DNA of 64,000 bases, from positions 22,049,939 to 22,113,938 of the forward strand of contig NC_092394.1 in assembly GCF_030028105.1 (NCBI RefSeq). The letters run 5' to 3'. Position numbers and translations under genes: made by a program. Of this stretch, positions 38,639 through 51,774 are shown one piece after another. How positions within the stretch are numbered: position 1 is the first letter of the stretch; every line of letters begins with the position of its first letter. This DNA comes from Mobula birostris. Its lineage: Eukaryota. The notes below the pieces were generated by a model, which saw only the letters and a list, made by a program, of their open reading frames with translations, did no database searches and was not told the DNA's origin.

Positions 38639-39769
38639 TTGTAATGAATGGCATCATAACTATATTCAAATTATGAGGAAGAGTAAGTACTAGAGGATGT
38701 AACATAGGGATGGCCTGCATTACTTTTCCTTATTTCTGTCTGGATGGCAACTTAGCCATAATTTTTGCAAGTTCATTCATCAGTTCATCTAGTGCTTTAT
38801 CTCTTCCTCAGCTGTTCTATGTCATCAATCTCCTTGTTCCAACAATCAGCATAATGGAAATGTTCCTCTCTTTCCTCTTGTAACCAACTTCTCAATTGGA
38901 AATGTTTTCTTCCATTTAAACAAATAAAAATATTATGAATATCATTAATGTATCATTTTCTTGGCATATGTTAGACATTTTGAATACAATATCAATTTAC
39001 TGTATATTTATGACAGATTATATGACATAGCTAAACTTTCAAAGTGGTTATTTGGCATCTTCCCCCTTCCTTCTCAGTCCTGAAGAAGGGTCTTGGCCCA
39101 AAGCGTTGACTATCTATTCATTTCCATAGATGCTGCCTGACCTGCTGGGTTCCTCCAGCATTTTGTGTGTTCTGCTTTGGATTTCCAGCATCTGCAGACT
39201 TCCTCACGTTTTTAAAGTGATAAAGTACCGAATAGTGAGTATAATGTGGGTTTATTTTGGCACGGAGTGGGCTGTCCAGAGGATTTTCCTTTTGACTATT
39301 TCAGTTCACAGTAAACATTTGTAGATCACAGTGTGAATACAATTATTGAGAGACACAGGCAGAACGGAAGAAATACTGACTCGAAGGAGGACCTCAGCAA
39401 TTTAATGAAAAGCCCAGCAGAGTTTGCTTGTAGACTGATCAATGACCAGTGGAATTAAACATGCATGAAATGGTGCTGTATATTAAAATCAAAGTAGGTG
39501 TCATATGTTTCCCATGTAGAACTTGCCAAAGGAAATGCTGAAAGATGTCTATAGTAGATCATGATGCCAAGATCAAAGAAGTGACTTGGATGGCAGGTTA
39601 TACTTCAGCATCAGCTTAGTTCAGATTGTCAAAGATCATTTTGAAGCTGAGACAGGACAGTGTGCAGCTGCTGTAATTTGGAGCAAAAAACAAATTACTG
39701 GAGGAACTCAGGAGTTCGAGCGCCATCTGTGGAGACTCAAAGGAGCAAATGACCTAATTCTGCTCCTAC

Positions 39770-40790
39770 GTTCAAAGTTCAAAGTAAATTTATTATCAAA
39801 ATACATGTGTCCTCATATAGAGCCCTGATAGTCACTTACTTGCAGGCATACGCAATAAATCCAACAAACATTATAATCGAATCAAAGACTGCACCAGCAG
39901 GGCAGGCAACCAGTGTGAAAATATCAACAAACTGTGCAAATACAAAAAAAAAGGAAATAATAATAATAAATAAGTAAATAAGCAATAAATATCAAGAACA
40001 TGAGATGAAGAGTTCTTGAAGATGAGTCCATAGGTTGTGGGAGCAATTCAGTGATGGGGCGAGTAAGGTTGAGTGAAGTTATTCCCTCTGGTTCAAGAGC
40101 CTGATTGTTGAGGGTTTATAACAGTTCCTGAACCTGGTAGTGAATCCTAAGGCTCCTGTACCTTCTTCCTGATGGCAGCAATGAGAAAAGTAGATAACCT
40201 GGGTGGCGGGAATCCCTGATGTTAGATGCTGCTTTCCTGTAACAGTGCTCTGTGTAGATGTGCTCAATGATGGGGAGGGCTTTACCCACGATGGACTGGG
40301 CTGTATCCATTACTTTTTGTAGGATTTTCCGTTCAGGGGCATTGGTGTTTCCATACCAGGCTGTGATGCAGTCAGTCAACATACACTCCACCACCCATCT
40401 ATAGAAGTTTGTCAAAGTTTTATATGTCATGTTTAATCTTCACAAACTTCTAAGTAGACATGCAACCATGCTTCCTTCATAATTGTACTTACCTGGCCGG
40501 TCCAGGACAGATCCTCTGAAATGTTAACACTGAGGAATTTAAATTTGCTGACCCTCTCAAACTTTGATTCCCTCTTGAAGACTGGCTCATGGACCCCTGG
40601 TTTCCTTCTCCTGAAGTCAATAGTCAACTCCTTGGTCTTGCTAATGTTGTGGAGGTTGGTGTCGTGGCACCACAGAACCAAGATTTCAATCTCCCTCCTG
40701 TATGCTGATTCGTCATCACCTTTGATTTGGCTTTCTACGGTGGTGTTATCAGCAAACTTGAACATGCTTTGGAGCTGTGCTCTGTCTTTT
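39770..40790 (-). mobile_element. Rex1-like LINE (RT FADN motif to 3' tail)
   Basis: KFADNTTV...DESAYRREI and LFSLLPSGRRYRSL. Confidence 0.9.
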
Positions 40791-41551
40791 GAACTTATGT
40801 ACTAAGTGATAGAATCTGTGATGAGGTGATTCGAACATTGGAAGAATAAAATGGGATTAGTATTGATGGGTGATTGATGGCATCAACTCAGTGGATTAAA
40901 GGGCCAGATTCCATGCTGAATGGTTCTATTATGAGTGGATTTAATGCAAATTATCATTATCTGCATAAGTGCAATTTACAATTTATGTCAAAGTTGACAC
41001 ATTCCTGAGAATCTGAACAAAAATAAAATAAACACATTGTTGCCTTAGACAATAATTTGAAGGTTTAAAGGAATCAATACAAAGGATACAAAGAAATTTG
41101 TAGTTAGCTAAATGGGACACGTCATTTGCCAGATAAACCCCAACGTATTGCTTATGACTCTGATCATCCTAAAAAAGTGGACAACATACCAAAGTCTCTG
41201 AGTATCACTTCTGATGGTTAAACTTCATTTGTGTCAAAAGATAACACATCTACGCTGTGGCACTAAAGTAAATTTTCCCAATAACGTTTTCCCTACAAAA
41301 AAAATAGCTGGTTAAAATGTTCTGTCCTATTTTTGCAAAACAGCATTTTTTTAAGTGTTTAACTTTTCTCTGATAAGGAATCATTGGCCCCAGAAGCGTG
41401 GTTAACTGCTGATTTTGGTGATCTGAAGCGATGATGAAATATTCTGTGCAATTTCTAAATGTTCTGATGCATGGGCTCAACCCAAACCAGATGTTATCCG
41501 ACCCACTGAGTTCATCCAGCAGATTGCTGCTCCAGATTCCAGCATTTTCCA

Positions 41552-42680
41552 TTGAGAATGGGGGAGATTCAAACAAGAGGACATGAGTTGAGAATTAAAG
41601 GGCAAAAGTTTAGGGGCAACATGAGGGGGAACTTCTTTACTCAGAGAGTGGTAGCAGTGTGGAACGAGCTTCCAGCAGAAGTGGTTGAGGCAGGATCGAT
41701 GTTGTCGTTTAAAGTTAAATTGGACAGCTGTATGGACAGGAAAGGAATGGAGGGTTATGGGCTAAGTGCAGGTCGGTGGGACTAGGTGAGAGTAAGAGTT
41801 CGGCACGGACTAGAAGGGCTGAGATGGCCTGTTTCCGTTCTGTAATTGTTATATGGTTATATGTTATATGATTATTTGCCGTATCCTGTGATTCTGTTCC
41901 CATGAACTGTTTGTAATCTGGACATAGAGTCATAGAACACTACAATACAAGAACAGGCCCTTTGTCCTATCTTGTCTAGTCCTTGCTGAGCTGGTCTTCT
42001 GCCCAGTTCCACCTACCTAAAAGGACCATGCCCCTCTCACCCAAACTCCTCTTAAATGTTGCAATTGAACCTGCATCTACCACTTTCACCTGCAACTTGT
42101 TCTACACATGCACCACCCTCCAAGTGAAGAAGTTCTCCTCCAGGTTCCCCTTATATATTTCACCTTTCGCTCCAAACCTATGACCTCTTGTTCTAGTCTA
42201 CCCAACCTGTCGGGGAAAGGCCTGCAGTTTGGAAGTAGGAAATGCAGCCTTGAACCAAGCTGTCAGGCAGAAGAAGATGCCTGCAGTCCTGCAGCATCCA
42301 GACAACAGACCTGATAGAGGTGTATAAGATGATGAGAGGCATTGATCGTGTGGATAGTCAGAGGCTTTTTCCCAGGGCTGAAATGGCTAGCACGAGAGGG
42401 CACAGTTTTAAGGTGCTTGGAAGTAGGTATGGAGGAGATGTCAGGGGTAAGTTTTTTATGCAGCGAGTGGTGAGTGTGTGGAATGGGCTGCCAGCAACGG
42501 TGGTGGAGACGGATATGAAAGGGTCTTTTAAGAGACTCCCTGATAGGTACATGGAGCTTTGAAAAATAGAGGGTTATGGGTAACCCTAGGTAGTTTCTAA
42601 GCTAAGTACATTTTCAGCACAGCTTTGTGGGCTGAAGTGCCTGTATTGTGCTGTAGGTTTTCTATGTTTCTATGTTTCTA
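41552..42680. mobile_element. Cluster of CR1 3' fragments (+ 41552-41875, - 41930-42200, + 42310-42680)
   Basis: TRGHELRIKG...FFTQRVVAVWNELP and TRGHSFKV motifs with simple-repeat tails. Confidence 0.85.
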
Positions 42681-44467
42681 ATCCTTGTGCATACATAACT
42701 TGGTTCGTATGTATAGACTGTCCATAATTTGGGTGTTCATAATCTGGGAAGGACCTGTACTGGTAAATAAAAAAATAGCAGACAAATTCACCTTTAATTT
42801 CTTGTGGCTTCTTTGATTTTAATTGTATAACAAATATATCTGAGTAGTAAATATCATAATTTATTTCAGGGTTTTTTGTATTTTTAGTAAATTAACTAAA
42901 AGACTCCCATGTCTGTAATTTGATCTCAAGTGGGTGAAATTATGGCCAAATTAAGCTGAGCGGCAGCTGGCAGTTCTGTAGGAGTGGTTCAGCTCATGGT
43001 TCGTGACAAGCATACAGCTGTGATGTGCTGCAGGCAGCCAATCTCCTGCTGTATTGTGTAAGCCCAGTGACAGAACCCGGCCAGGACAGGGAGTGTGGTC
43101 AGGTAAATTCCACATCTGCTTCCCACCTTTAATCCAGAGGCTGCTGAATAAAAAGATGGCAAATATGCAGAAAAAAAGTTTTAATTGTTTTACTTACTTC
43201 TGTTTTAATGTTTTTAATTATTTTTGGTATTTTAAGTTAACATTTTCAATTAAATGCAAACTTTTTTGATCATGACTATTTTAAACTTATTTGTACAGTT
43301 TGTAAATAACTCTGCTGGAGGAATTCAGTGGGTTGAGGAGCATCTGTGGGAGGAAAAGATTTGTTGATGTTTTGGGTTGAAACCCTGCATCTGGACTATC
43401 CAGCAGATGGTGTGTTGCTGCAGCTTCGTCATCTGCCGTCTCATGAGTCTTCATCTTACTACTTTACCGTGAAGTCTCCCCATGATGTGCTGCTTTTGGA
43501 GAAACCCCCCCCCCCCCACATGTACTGCTCAACCTGCTGAGCTCCTCCAGCGGACTGTTGCTTCAAATCCCCGCGTCTGCAGTCTCCATTGTGCTCTCAC
43601 AGGCTGGGAGGGCATTTGGGGGGACTAGGCCTCAGCTCCATTTGAGGCCAAGTTACCCCTCAGAACCTACTCCATCTCAATGGATGCCTCTTGGTCTCAG
43701 GGGGTTAGATCATTTGACCCTTTGTATTTAGAGAAATGAAGTGTGGTTGGAGTGCTGAGTCAGTGTGGTGGGGTTAGTTCAGCAGATATCCTAATAGTTC
43801 AAGTGTCTAGTAGTCATGAGGTCACTTTTAAATGCTGGAATTTTGTTTTTGCATTTCCAGTGAAACTTAATTACCCTTTTTCTTTTGCAGAATCATCAAC
43901 TTTCTCTCTAGATTGCCTGAAGCATTTCAGAGGCAAAACCAGCTTTCATATAGGTGAGTTGCTAGGTGAAACAGTCAGCCAATCCGTGAGGCTATGCATC
44001 ATCATCTCGTGATCTCTAGATGACACTTGCAGAAGATTTCTGCTGTCTGAACAGAAATAAACCTCCAAACTGGCCAGGCCACTTAGACTCATTCACTACG
44101 TGGAAAAGAAAGAGCGCTCAAGCAGTCATGTGTGATGGAGCACATCTCATTCTGTCAACACTGAGTGCCGACTGTATTTATAGTTAAACTGTATTAAAAT
44201 AAAGATGGAAGTGCTGCCTGTTTTGATATTTCTCATGAAAAACATAATGTCTCTCATGTATTTTAAAAACATAAATTGTTTGCAGATCATCAGTGTGTTG
44301 GAAGACTAAAGTGTTGTTATGCTGGGACCACAGTGGTTAACATGCTTTCCGTCTCTCAGTGAATTGACTTTCTGTAGTTCATTTCCCAGAAGTCACATCT
44401 ATGATGAACCTCAGCCACCAAGCAGTTTTGAAACTTTAAGAACAAATAAGTGCTCATCTTTCTGACT

Positions 44468-44473
44468 TTTATT
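44468..44473 (-). terminator. Candidate CRYBA1 polyadenylation signal
   Basis: AATAAA on the minus strand about 150 nt after the stop codon. Confidence 0.5.
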
Positions 44474-44622
44474 TGAATATTTTAATAATCCAAGTTATAT
44501 TGTAATGAGATGTTAAATCAATCTCTGTACACAGGTGCTTGATCTACAGTAGAATACACTACCGAGTGTACCATAGAGGTACAGCCCCTCTGTGATACTC
44601 TGCTGAGGTTTTCGGAAAAGAT

Positions 44623-44770
44623 TTACTCTTGAATGCGGCGGAGTGACTGGATCTGACAGGTCTGCGCGTGGGATCCCCATTCCCTCCAGTGTTTGTACTC
44701 TCCAGCATGGCGATCACATTCCATAATGTACTGGAAGCCACGGTATCCTGGGTACTGGTAGCACACCCAT
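44623..44770 (-). CDS. CRYBA1: Beta-crystallin A1 exon 6 (Greek key 4, stop)
   Basis: [52 protein letters not shown]| acceptor, TAA at 44625-44623. Confidence 0.96.
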
Positions 44771-44964
44771 CTAGGGTCATGAACAAACACACTTAATTAA
44801 TCTTGAGACTTTTATCTTTTTATTTGTTAAATGAATAATCTAAAAGTGCTCATTTTTGTATTTTAGGGAAGTAGCTAACACCAATAGATATTATTCTCAT
44901 TTTGTTGTTCCTACTAATAAAGTACACCATGCCCTCAAAATATAAATGAAATAATATGGACATG

Positions 44965-45441
44965 CACTCAGGGGCCCATTCATTAAGTACTTCCTATAGC
45001 TTGTCTTCTGCTGCTGTAGCCCATCCACTTCAAGGTTCAATGTATTGTGTGTTCAATCATGCTTTTCTGCACACCACTGTTGTAATGCGTGGTTATTTGA
45101 GTTACTGTTGCCTTCTGCTCTGACCTCTCTCATTAACAAGGTGTTTTCACCCACAGAACAGCCACTCACTGGATGCTTTTTCCTCTTCACATCACTCTCT
45201 AGGGACAGTTGTGTGTGGAAATCCCAGGAGATCTGCAGTTTCTGAGATACTCAACTGCATTTGGCACCACCCAACATTCTACGGTCAAAGTCACTGAGAT
45301 TTCATATCTCCCCTATTCTGTACTTTGGTCCAAACAACAGCTGAACCTCTTGACCGTGCTTCTATGCACTGAGGTGCTGCCAAATATTTGGCTGATTAGA
45401 TATTTGTATTAACAAAGAGGTAAAAAGGTGACCACTAAGTG
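44965..45441. mobile_element. Tc1-like non-autonomous DNA transposon in CRYBA1 intron 5
   Basis: Imperfect TIRs CACTCAGGGGCCCA/GGTGACCACTAAGTG followed by TA. Confidence 0.6.
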
Positions 45442-45736
45442 TAATTAGATTAGATTAATTGCGAGTAGGACTGAAGTTCAGGACTTGAGGCAATAGGAGA
45501 TTATGAGGATAACCTGCCTTGGGTTAATTTTTGAAGCAGCTTGAACTATTCAAGTAGGATTATTAATTATCATTTAGACCTAAGATAATCTGCTAACTTA
45601 GAAGAAGAAGCTACAAATTTAATATGACTGATGTGCTTCTAAATACACAAAACTTCACTGGATCCAGCCATGTCTTCTTCATTAAAGTGCAGTAACCCAA
45701 CCTTTCCATTTAATTTACATTGACAGTATAACTTAC

Positions 45737-45879
45737 GCGCCAGCTTGAACTTTCATGGATCCAACCTCATTGTTGCCCCAGCCCATGGCTTGCAAAGAGG
45801 GGTAATCATCGCACATCTCCCACTGTTTGCCAATGAAGTTTTCCTTCTCAAAAATGATAATTTTGGACTCTTTGTGGTG
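45737..45879 (-). CDS. CRYBA1: Beta-crystallin A1 exon 5 (Greek key 3)
   Basis: 143 nt, [48 protein letters not shown], canonical splice sites. Confidence 0.96.
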
Positions 45880-46384
45880 CTGATAATAATAAGAAAGGTA
45901 TAAATTGAGCAGTTTAGTAGATACTACAATACATTTGCAAGTGAACAAAACTGTACGACTAGAGGATATAGGAACAGGATTAGGCTATTTGGCTTATTGA
46001 GTCTACTCTGCCATTCCATGATGGCTAATTTATTATTCCTCTCAACTCCATTCTCCTGCCTTCTCCCCCTAACCTTTGACACCCTGACTGATCTACTTTC
46101 AAGTAGTAACCAGAATATAACTCACCATTTGTTATTTGCAAATGTTACGACTCCTCTAACTTTCTTGCATATAAAATAAACTTCTCCAGGCCTTTCTCAA
46201 AACACACCACTTTGCACTAAGTTTTAATCTTGTTTCCTCTTTGTCTTTTAAAATTAATATTTTTTATGAAACAACGCAAGTACTGTCTGACAGTACACAA
46301 AGTTCAGCATAACTGGCAGATGTGAGCTATATTTGAAGATAGTTAATATTTTAATTATATTGCAGGTTTGGATATTAACAGTAA

Positions 46385-46567
46385 ACAGAAGAGATTCTGC
46401 AGATACTGGAAATCCAGAGTAACACAGACAAAATGCTGGAGGAACTCCGCAGGTCAGGCAGCTTCTGTGGAGATGAATAAATAGCCAACGTTTTGGGCCG
46501 AGATGTCAATCCTTTATTCGTCTCCGTAGATGCTGCCTGACCTGCTGAGTTCCTCCAGCAGTTTGTG
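46385..46567. mobile_element. Penelope pLTR-derived hairpin in CRYBA1 intron 4
   Basis: TGCTGGAGGAACTC..GCAGGTCAGGCAGC and its reverse complement about 60 bp apart. Confidence 0.7.
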
Positions 46568-46791
46568 GATAGTATTTTACCACTATTTCCTGATCTCTCT
46601 CCATGCCTTTTTTTTGCTAAGACAGATTCTAAAAGCCATGGAAAACAGAAATGATTACTAAAATTGAATCATGTAAATTTACAGCTTAATATGTAAACCT
46701 ATTTTCAAGTATATGTTGCACTGCCAATTACATGGAGAATATCCTTCTCTAGCATTAAGTCTGACAGATATTGACCAGTGAACCAACTCAC

Positions 46792-46933
46792 AGCAGAGCA
46801 AATGGGGCGGAAGGATGTAAGCCTCTCGATGTGGTAGGCGTTGCTGCCACTCCAGGCATCCCAGCGTGGGTATTCCCCTTTCTCCAGGACAAATTGTTGC
46901 CCAAAGAAACTAGAATGTTCATAACCAACCCAC
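46792..46933 (-). CDS. CRYBA1: Beta-crystallin A1 exon 4 (Greek key 2)
   Basis: 142 nt, [47 protein letters not shown], canonical splice sites. Confidence 0.96.
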
Positions 46934-48406
46934 CTACAAGAAAAAAGTTATTTTCATGTCAAATTCTCAAAAAATAAATATACTTAATTCTCACACTATT
47001 TGCAAATTGAGAAATTCAGGTAGCTTTTAACCTATTAACCATTAACCATGATTTTCTGATTCATCCAGAACAGTGAATATTGCAAAGTATGCACTAAATA
47101 TTGGCCCTGCCTGAGAAAGGTTTTAAGAAATTGTTCCCACAAAATGAATCTTAATGATACAATGTACTTTTTGAATTAGTCCTTTCAACAGTACATCCTT
47201 TACACTGTATCAAACTAATTTAGATGATGAACAAGATCTGAAATTACAGGTTAATTGGTTTCAGTAACTTGAAGAGCTGGGGTGGCCTGAGTCTTTTAGT
47301 AGGTCTTCCTGTCTTCTGTAATGCGTGTCAAGCTGCTATGGTCTGGAATCAAAATCTATTGAGCCCCACAATGTAAACCACTAAGCTCTGTCAACTGGTA
47401 TGACAATGAATTTTGCTGCACAACTACAACATTGCTGACGTTCCATTAACAGAGAATTTATTATCAGAGGATCTTCTAATTGTACTTCCTCAATAGAGAT
47501 GAGGAGGGAGATAGAGGTGGGTTGTGATATCTCTCAATATTGAAGCTATAGTATCAACTGCAGCGAGAAACAGATAATTCTTGTCTTTTGATTGCAATTT
47601 TTTTTGGAAAGAGAAGTTCTCTATTTTGAAGCCTAGTCTGTATTTTCACGTTTTAAGTATATGTATCTGCTTCTGCAAGTACATCAAAATGTCAAATGAA
47701 TAACCATATATAAAATGCTGGCTCCTAAATGTGTTGAGTTCGATATGCACCAATAATGATACAATGCACAGAATGTACTGCTGCATTTTCTTAGGCTCCA
47801 GTTGCTAACATTGCTGTATGCTGCTTTTTTGACTTTTGTGCGGATACTGATACTGACAAGCACAGACGTGTGTGTAATACAGACTAAATGTAGATGCCAC
47901 GGGGGAAAGCATTGTTTTTTTTTGGGGGGGTGGAATTTCTATTGCCCACATGCAAAACTGAACTATATAACTTGGAGCTGCACTGTTGCCCAACCATTAC
48001 AAATTCACCTCCAAACTTCCAAATGCATGGGCTTTTGACTGCTACCTTTACTTTGTCACTGCACATGGGAAGTGTCTTTAAATAAAACAGAGTACTGTAC
48101 TGGATTCTAACAGACATATTAACATATTTCAGATCATGAGCTGAAATGATGCGGATCAATTGCTTTCCATATTTTCAATGCTAACATAATCTGGCTGAGT
48201 CAGAAAGAACTCAACATTAGCTTTATCTTATGGTGTGTAAGGAGAAATAAGATACCTTTCTGTGAACTGAGTAATTTGGCCTGCAAATGATGATGACATT
48301 TAAAAAAAAAATTACGACTGCATTTTAATGATAAAGCCTGGTTGAGAATACGTTTCAGTGTAGCTGTTAGGGGTGGAACCTTTCTGAAAAATAAGCAAAG
48401 ACTCAC

Positions 48407-48525
48407 GCTCCACAGTTGACTTTGATAGACCGAATATTGTCGAATCCACACTCCATGATGTTCTTACAGGATGTGGTAAATTCCATCCTTTTACCTTGGA
48501 AGTTTTCTTGATCATAAGCAGTAAT
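48407..48525 (-). CDS. CRYBA1: Beta-crystallin A1 exon 3 (Greek key 1)
   Basis: 119 nt, [45 protein letters not shown]| acceptor and |GTGAGT donor. Confidence 0.96.
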
Positions 48526-48632
48526 CTGTAATTGAAAATAAATTTTCCATGATATTCAATATTAAAGGACAACAAGGAAACAAAAAACAAAGTTTCAATC
48601 CTGATTAAAAATCTAGGAAAGTAAGTGCTAAC

Positions 48633-48665
48633 CTTGAAAAGTCCTGCTGGGTTTGTCTGCGCCAT
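48633..48665 (-). CDS. CRYBA1: Beta-crystallin A1, coding part of exon 2 (MAQTNPAGLFK)
   Basis: MAQTNP is the betaA1 start. Exon begins at 48689 (TTTTAG|G) and the donor is AAG|GTTAGC. Confidence 0.9.
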
Positions 48666-48922
48666 GTTTGCCGTTTGCAGATATCAATCCTAAAAGAAAA
48701 TCACATTATGTAATTTCATTTCAAAATTGAGAATTTTATGAAATATATCAAATTTTAATGCATTGAAAGTTTATCTGCCCTCTGCATTTTGCTTTAACCC
48801 AACAAATTTGTTGCTGTAGAGTTGCTTATAAAGCATGAATAAAACCCCCAACAAGCTGAGGTAAATTGGATAAATCTGAAGTTAAAATAAGATCAAATAA
48901 AATTGAAGGACACACAACTTAC

Positions 48923-48960
48923 CAAAGCTGGGCTGCGAATGGAGATTTCCAATGATGATT
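48923..48960 (-). other. CRYBA1: CRYBA1 putative non-coding exon 1
   Basis: Begins about 25-30 nt downstream of TATAAATA and ends at strong donor TTG|GTAAGT. Contains no ATG. TSS is approximate. Confidence 0.65.
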
Positions 48961-48982
48961 CTGTTTCGAACCTTACCTCTGC

Positions 48983-49120
48983 TATTTATAATCAAACTCT
49001 CAATAGAAATTGAGAAGTGTGCGAATCTGATTTGTGGTCCAATGAGCAGAGAATACTGACGTCAACATCTCATTGTTTGTGGCTGATCCCGTGGATTCCC
49101 ATTTCAACTCTGCCATTGTC
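48983..49120 (-). promoter_or_regulatory. CRYBA1 proximal promoter (TATA, CRE/C-MARE-like site, Sox sites)
   Basis: TATAAATA at 48990-48983; TACTGACGTCAACA at 49054-49067 (12/14 match to C-MARE TGCTGACGTCAGCA); CATTGT at 49071 and about 49114. Confidence 0.65.
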
Positions 49121-51774
49121 TGAGCAGAAAGATAAATCTGCATTTCCAGTGCATGCATGAATAACCTATAGCTAAAAACTGAGACTAAATTGTATTTAAT
49201 ATGATTTATTAAATCCAAATTCTATATGCATGTAATTTTAAAGGAGATGTGAGGGGCACGTTTCTTACACAGATTGGTGGGTGCCTGGAATGAGCTGCCT
49301 GGGGTGGTGGTGGAGGCGGAAACATCAGAAACTTTTAAGAGATGTTTAGATAGGCACAGGAATATGAGGAAAATGGAAGGATATGGACATTATGTAGGCA
49401 CAAGAGATTACTTTAGTTAGCCATTTGATTACTTATTTAATTGGTTCGGCACAACGTTGTGGGACGAAGGACCTGTTCCTGTGCTGTACTGTTCTGTTCT
49501 AAGAATTATTTCAAAATTACAAAACTCAAATTGCAACAAAATATAACACTTTTTGAAATATGCCCCTTTGCTACCTTGATTCATCCGAATAGCTGACGTA
49601 CCATTGCTGGTAAAATAGCAGTGTCAGTAAAATGTTACTAGATTTCAACTGTCTAAACATTTGGAAAATATAACATAAAATTAGGACTTCGGATTTTTTG
49701 TATAGTTGGGATGGTCAGCTGCACAGTTCTACTTTGAGAACATTGAAGAGTAATCCGTATGTCCTTTAATTAAATTTATGAAGCTCATAGATATTTCAAG
49801 ATATTCCACAGAAATAACAAATGAAATTTTCATACCACATTAGAGTTATGCCGAAGTTATAGAGGCAGCATGAAGAACTCCTCAGCCTTTGAGCTATCAA
49901 ACAATTGAATACATGCTGCAAATTTTAACATTTATTATCAAGTTCAAGTTCAGTTTATTGTCATTCAACCATACACATGTACACCACCAAATTAAACAAC
50001 GTGCCTCCAGACCAAGGTGGACAACACAGTATATATAACTCAAACACACAACTCATAAAGTAATATTACCACAAAATTAATAGATAATAAAGTGCACTTA
50101 TGACTCAAGTTTAAAAGTAAACAGCATAATGCTACAGGTGTTTCATACTTGCTGAGACCTGGGTGGTGGCAGGGAGTTCAGCAGTCTCATTCCCTTCCTA
50201 ACAGTTCTTGTCTTAATGCTACAGTACCTCCTGCCTGATGGTAGTGGATCAAAGATATTGCTGGACGAATGGGAGGGCCGTGGATGATGCTAAGGGCCCT
50301 GGACTGTGGTGCCCCTGGTAAGTATCGCTGCTGAATGGAAGAGAGATGAAATAAAACTGTGCCTCAAATGTTAGTCATATTATTAATGATCAGAAGGCTA
50401 TAAATATTCAGTACAATTATAGTGAAAATCAAATAATAATTGTCTGTGATGACACAAGCACAATGAATAGATATCATAGATACTATCCACCATAATCATT
50501 GTGAGAACAACACTGAAGCACATAAATAACCATGACATCTCCAGCGGTTAGACAGACCATTTTGTTGGTCTCTATCAAAAGGTGTTGCTGACTTGATAAA
50601 CATTTACATCTTTCCTGGTTTTATTTTAGATTCATACCCACCTTGATAGATTGATTTTGGAAAGATGTCAATGACTTAAAGTAACCCAAAAAAGAAACTG
50701 TGCTCATTCTAGTGTCAGGACTCCGGCAATTTGTTGTATTAAGCAACTTTTCTCAGACTAAAAAGAATCTATAATGGTAATGTACAATTTCTTAAATACT
50801 GTTCTTTATCTCTTTCTGGTAACCACATATTTCTTTCTCCCTGTTTCAGTTTAAGAATGTTACTCGCCATTGGATTAATTATTTTGATTTAAATTTCTCA
50901 GTTCACGCTCTCTGTGCCTCTATAAACCTTTTGAATTTGATTGATAAAGGAAATGCAAATTCCCAGATCCCAGGCCTCTTGCAGATGGCGTCACACAATT
51001 TTGCCTTTCAGTCTTGTTAAAAGCTAACAATGTGAGTGTGAATGTTATCAATCCCTTTCACCTCTGAATACAATATTCAAGCCAAAATGAAAATGAGAGT
51101 CATTCAAGAAATCAAATCAGCAGAAACAGGCTGGTTTTAAATCAGGAAATTAAGGAAATAATACATATTTCTGGTATAAACTACAATATTGTCTTTCTGT
51201 AATTATATGTGTATCAACAGTGCGAATTATGACACGCAATCCCTTTCTAGTTATTCAAATGTGCAGTCTTAAATTTTACTGCATTATCTTGTACCAGATA
51301 CAGAGGATAAGGATTTTAGGAAATAATTTTGCCCTTGTTTCAATAATCTTCATTGAAGACTGATTTAGAGAAATGCTCCTCTGCCACGTCACTGAGTATT
51401 TCTGCTCTGGGTTCCCATTTTGGTGGCTACGAAGTATATGATACTCACTAATTAAACTTCGCGTGAGTGTTGTTCTTCACAGCTATCCTTAGACTATAAT
51501 TTTAAAATACAGACTTCTGCTATGCCAATAGAATATCACAAATGGGCAGAGCACACATGGAGTGGAGTATGCTGGAGAAGATTCTGCAGTTTGTTGATCA
51601 CTTCTGCTGAAAATTGTGCCTTTGAGTCTGAATGTTGGCCTGGATTTGGTCTGATTAAGTAGTCTGCTGACACACTGAAGAATGGGTAATTTAAATGAAA
51701 TACCAAGTATTACTTGTTAATTCTTACCTCCACAACTCCAAGGTCACTTTGCAAGCAGGGTAAAATTGGACAGA

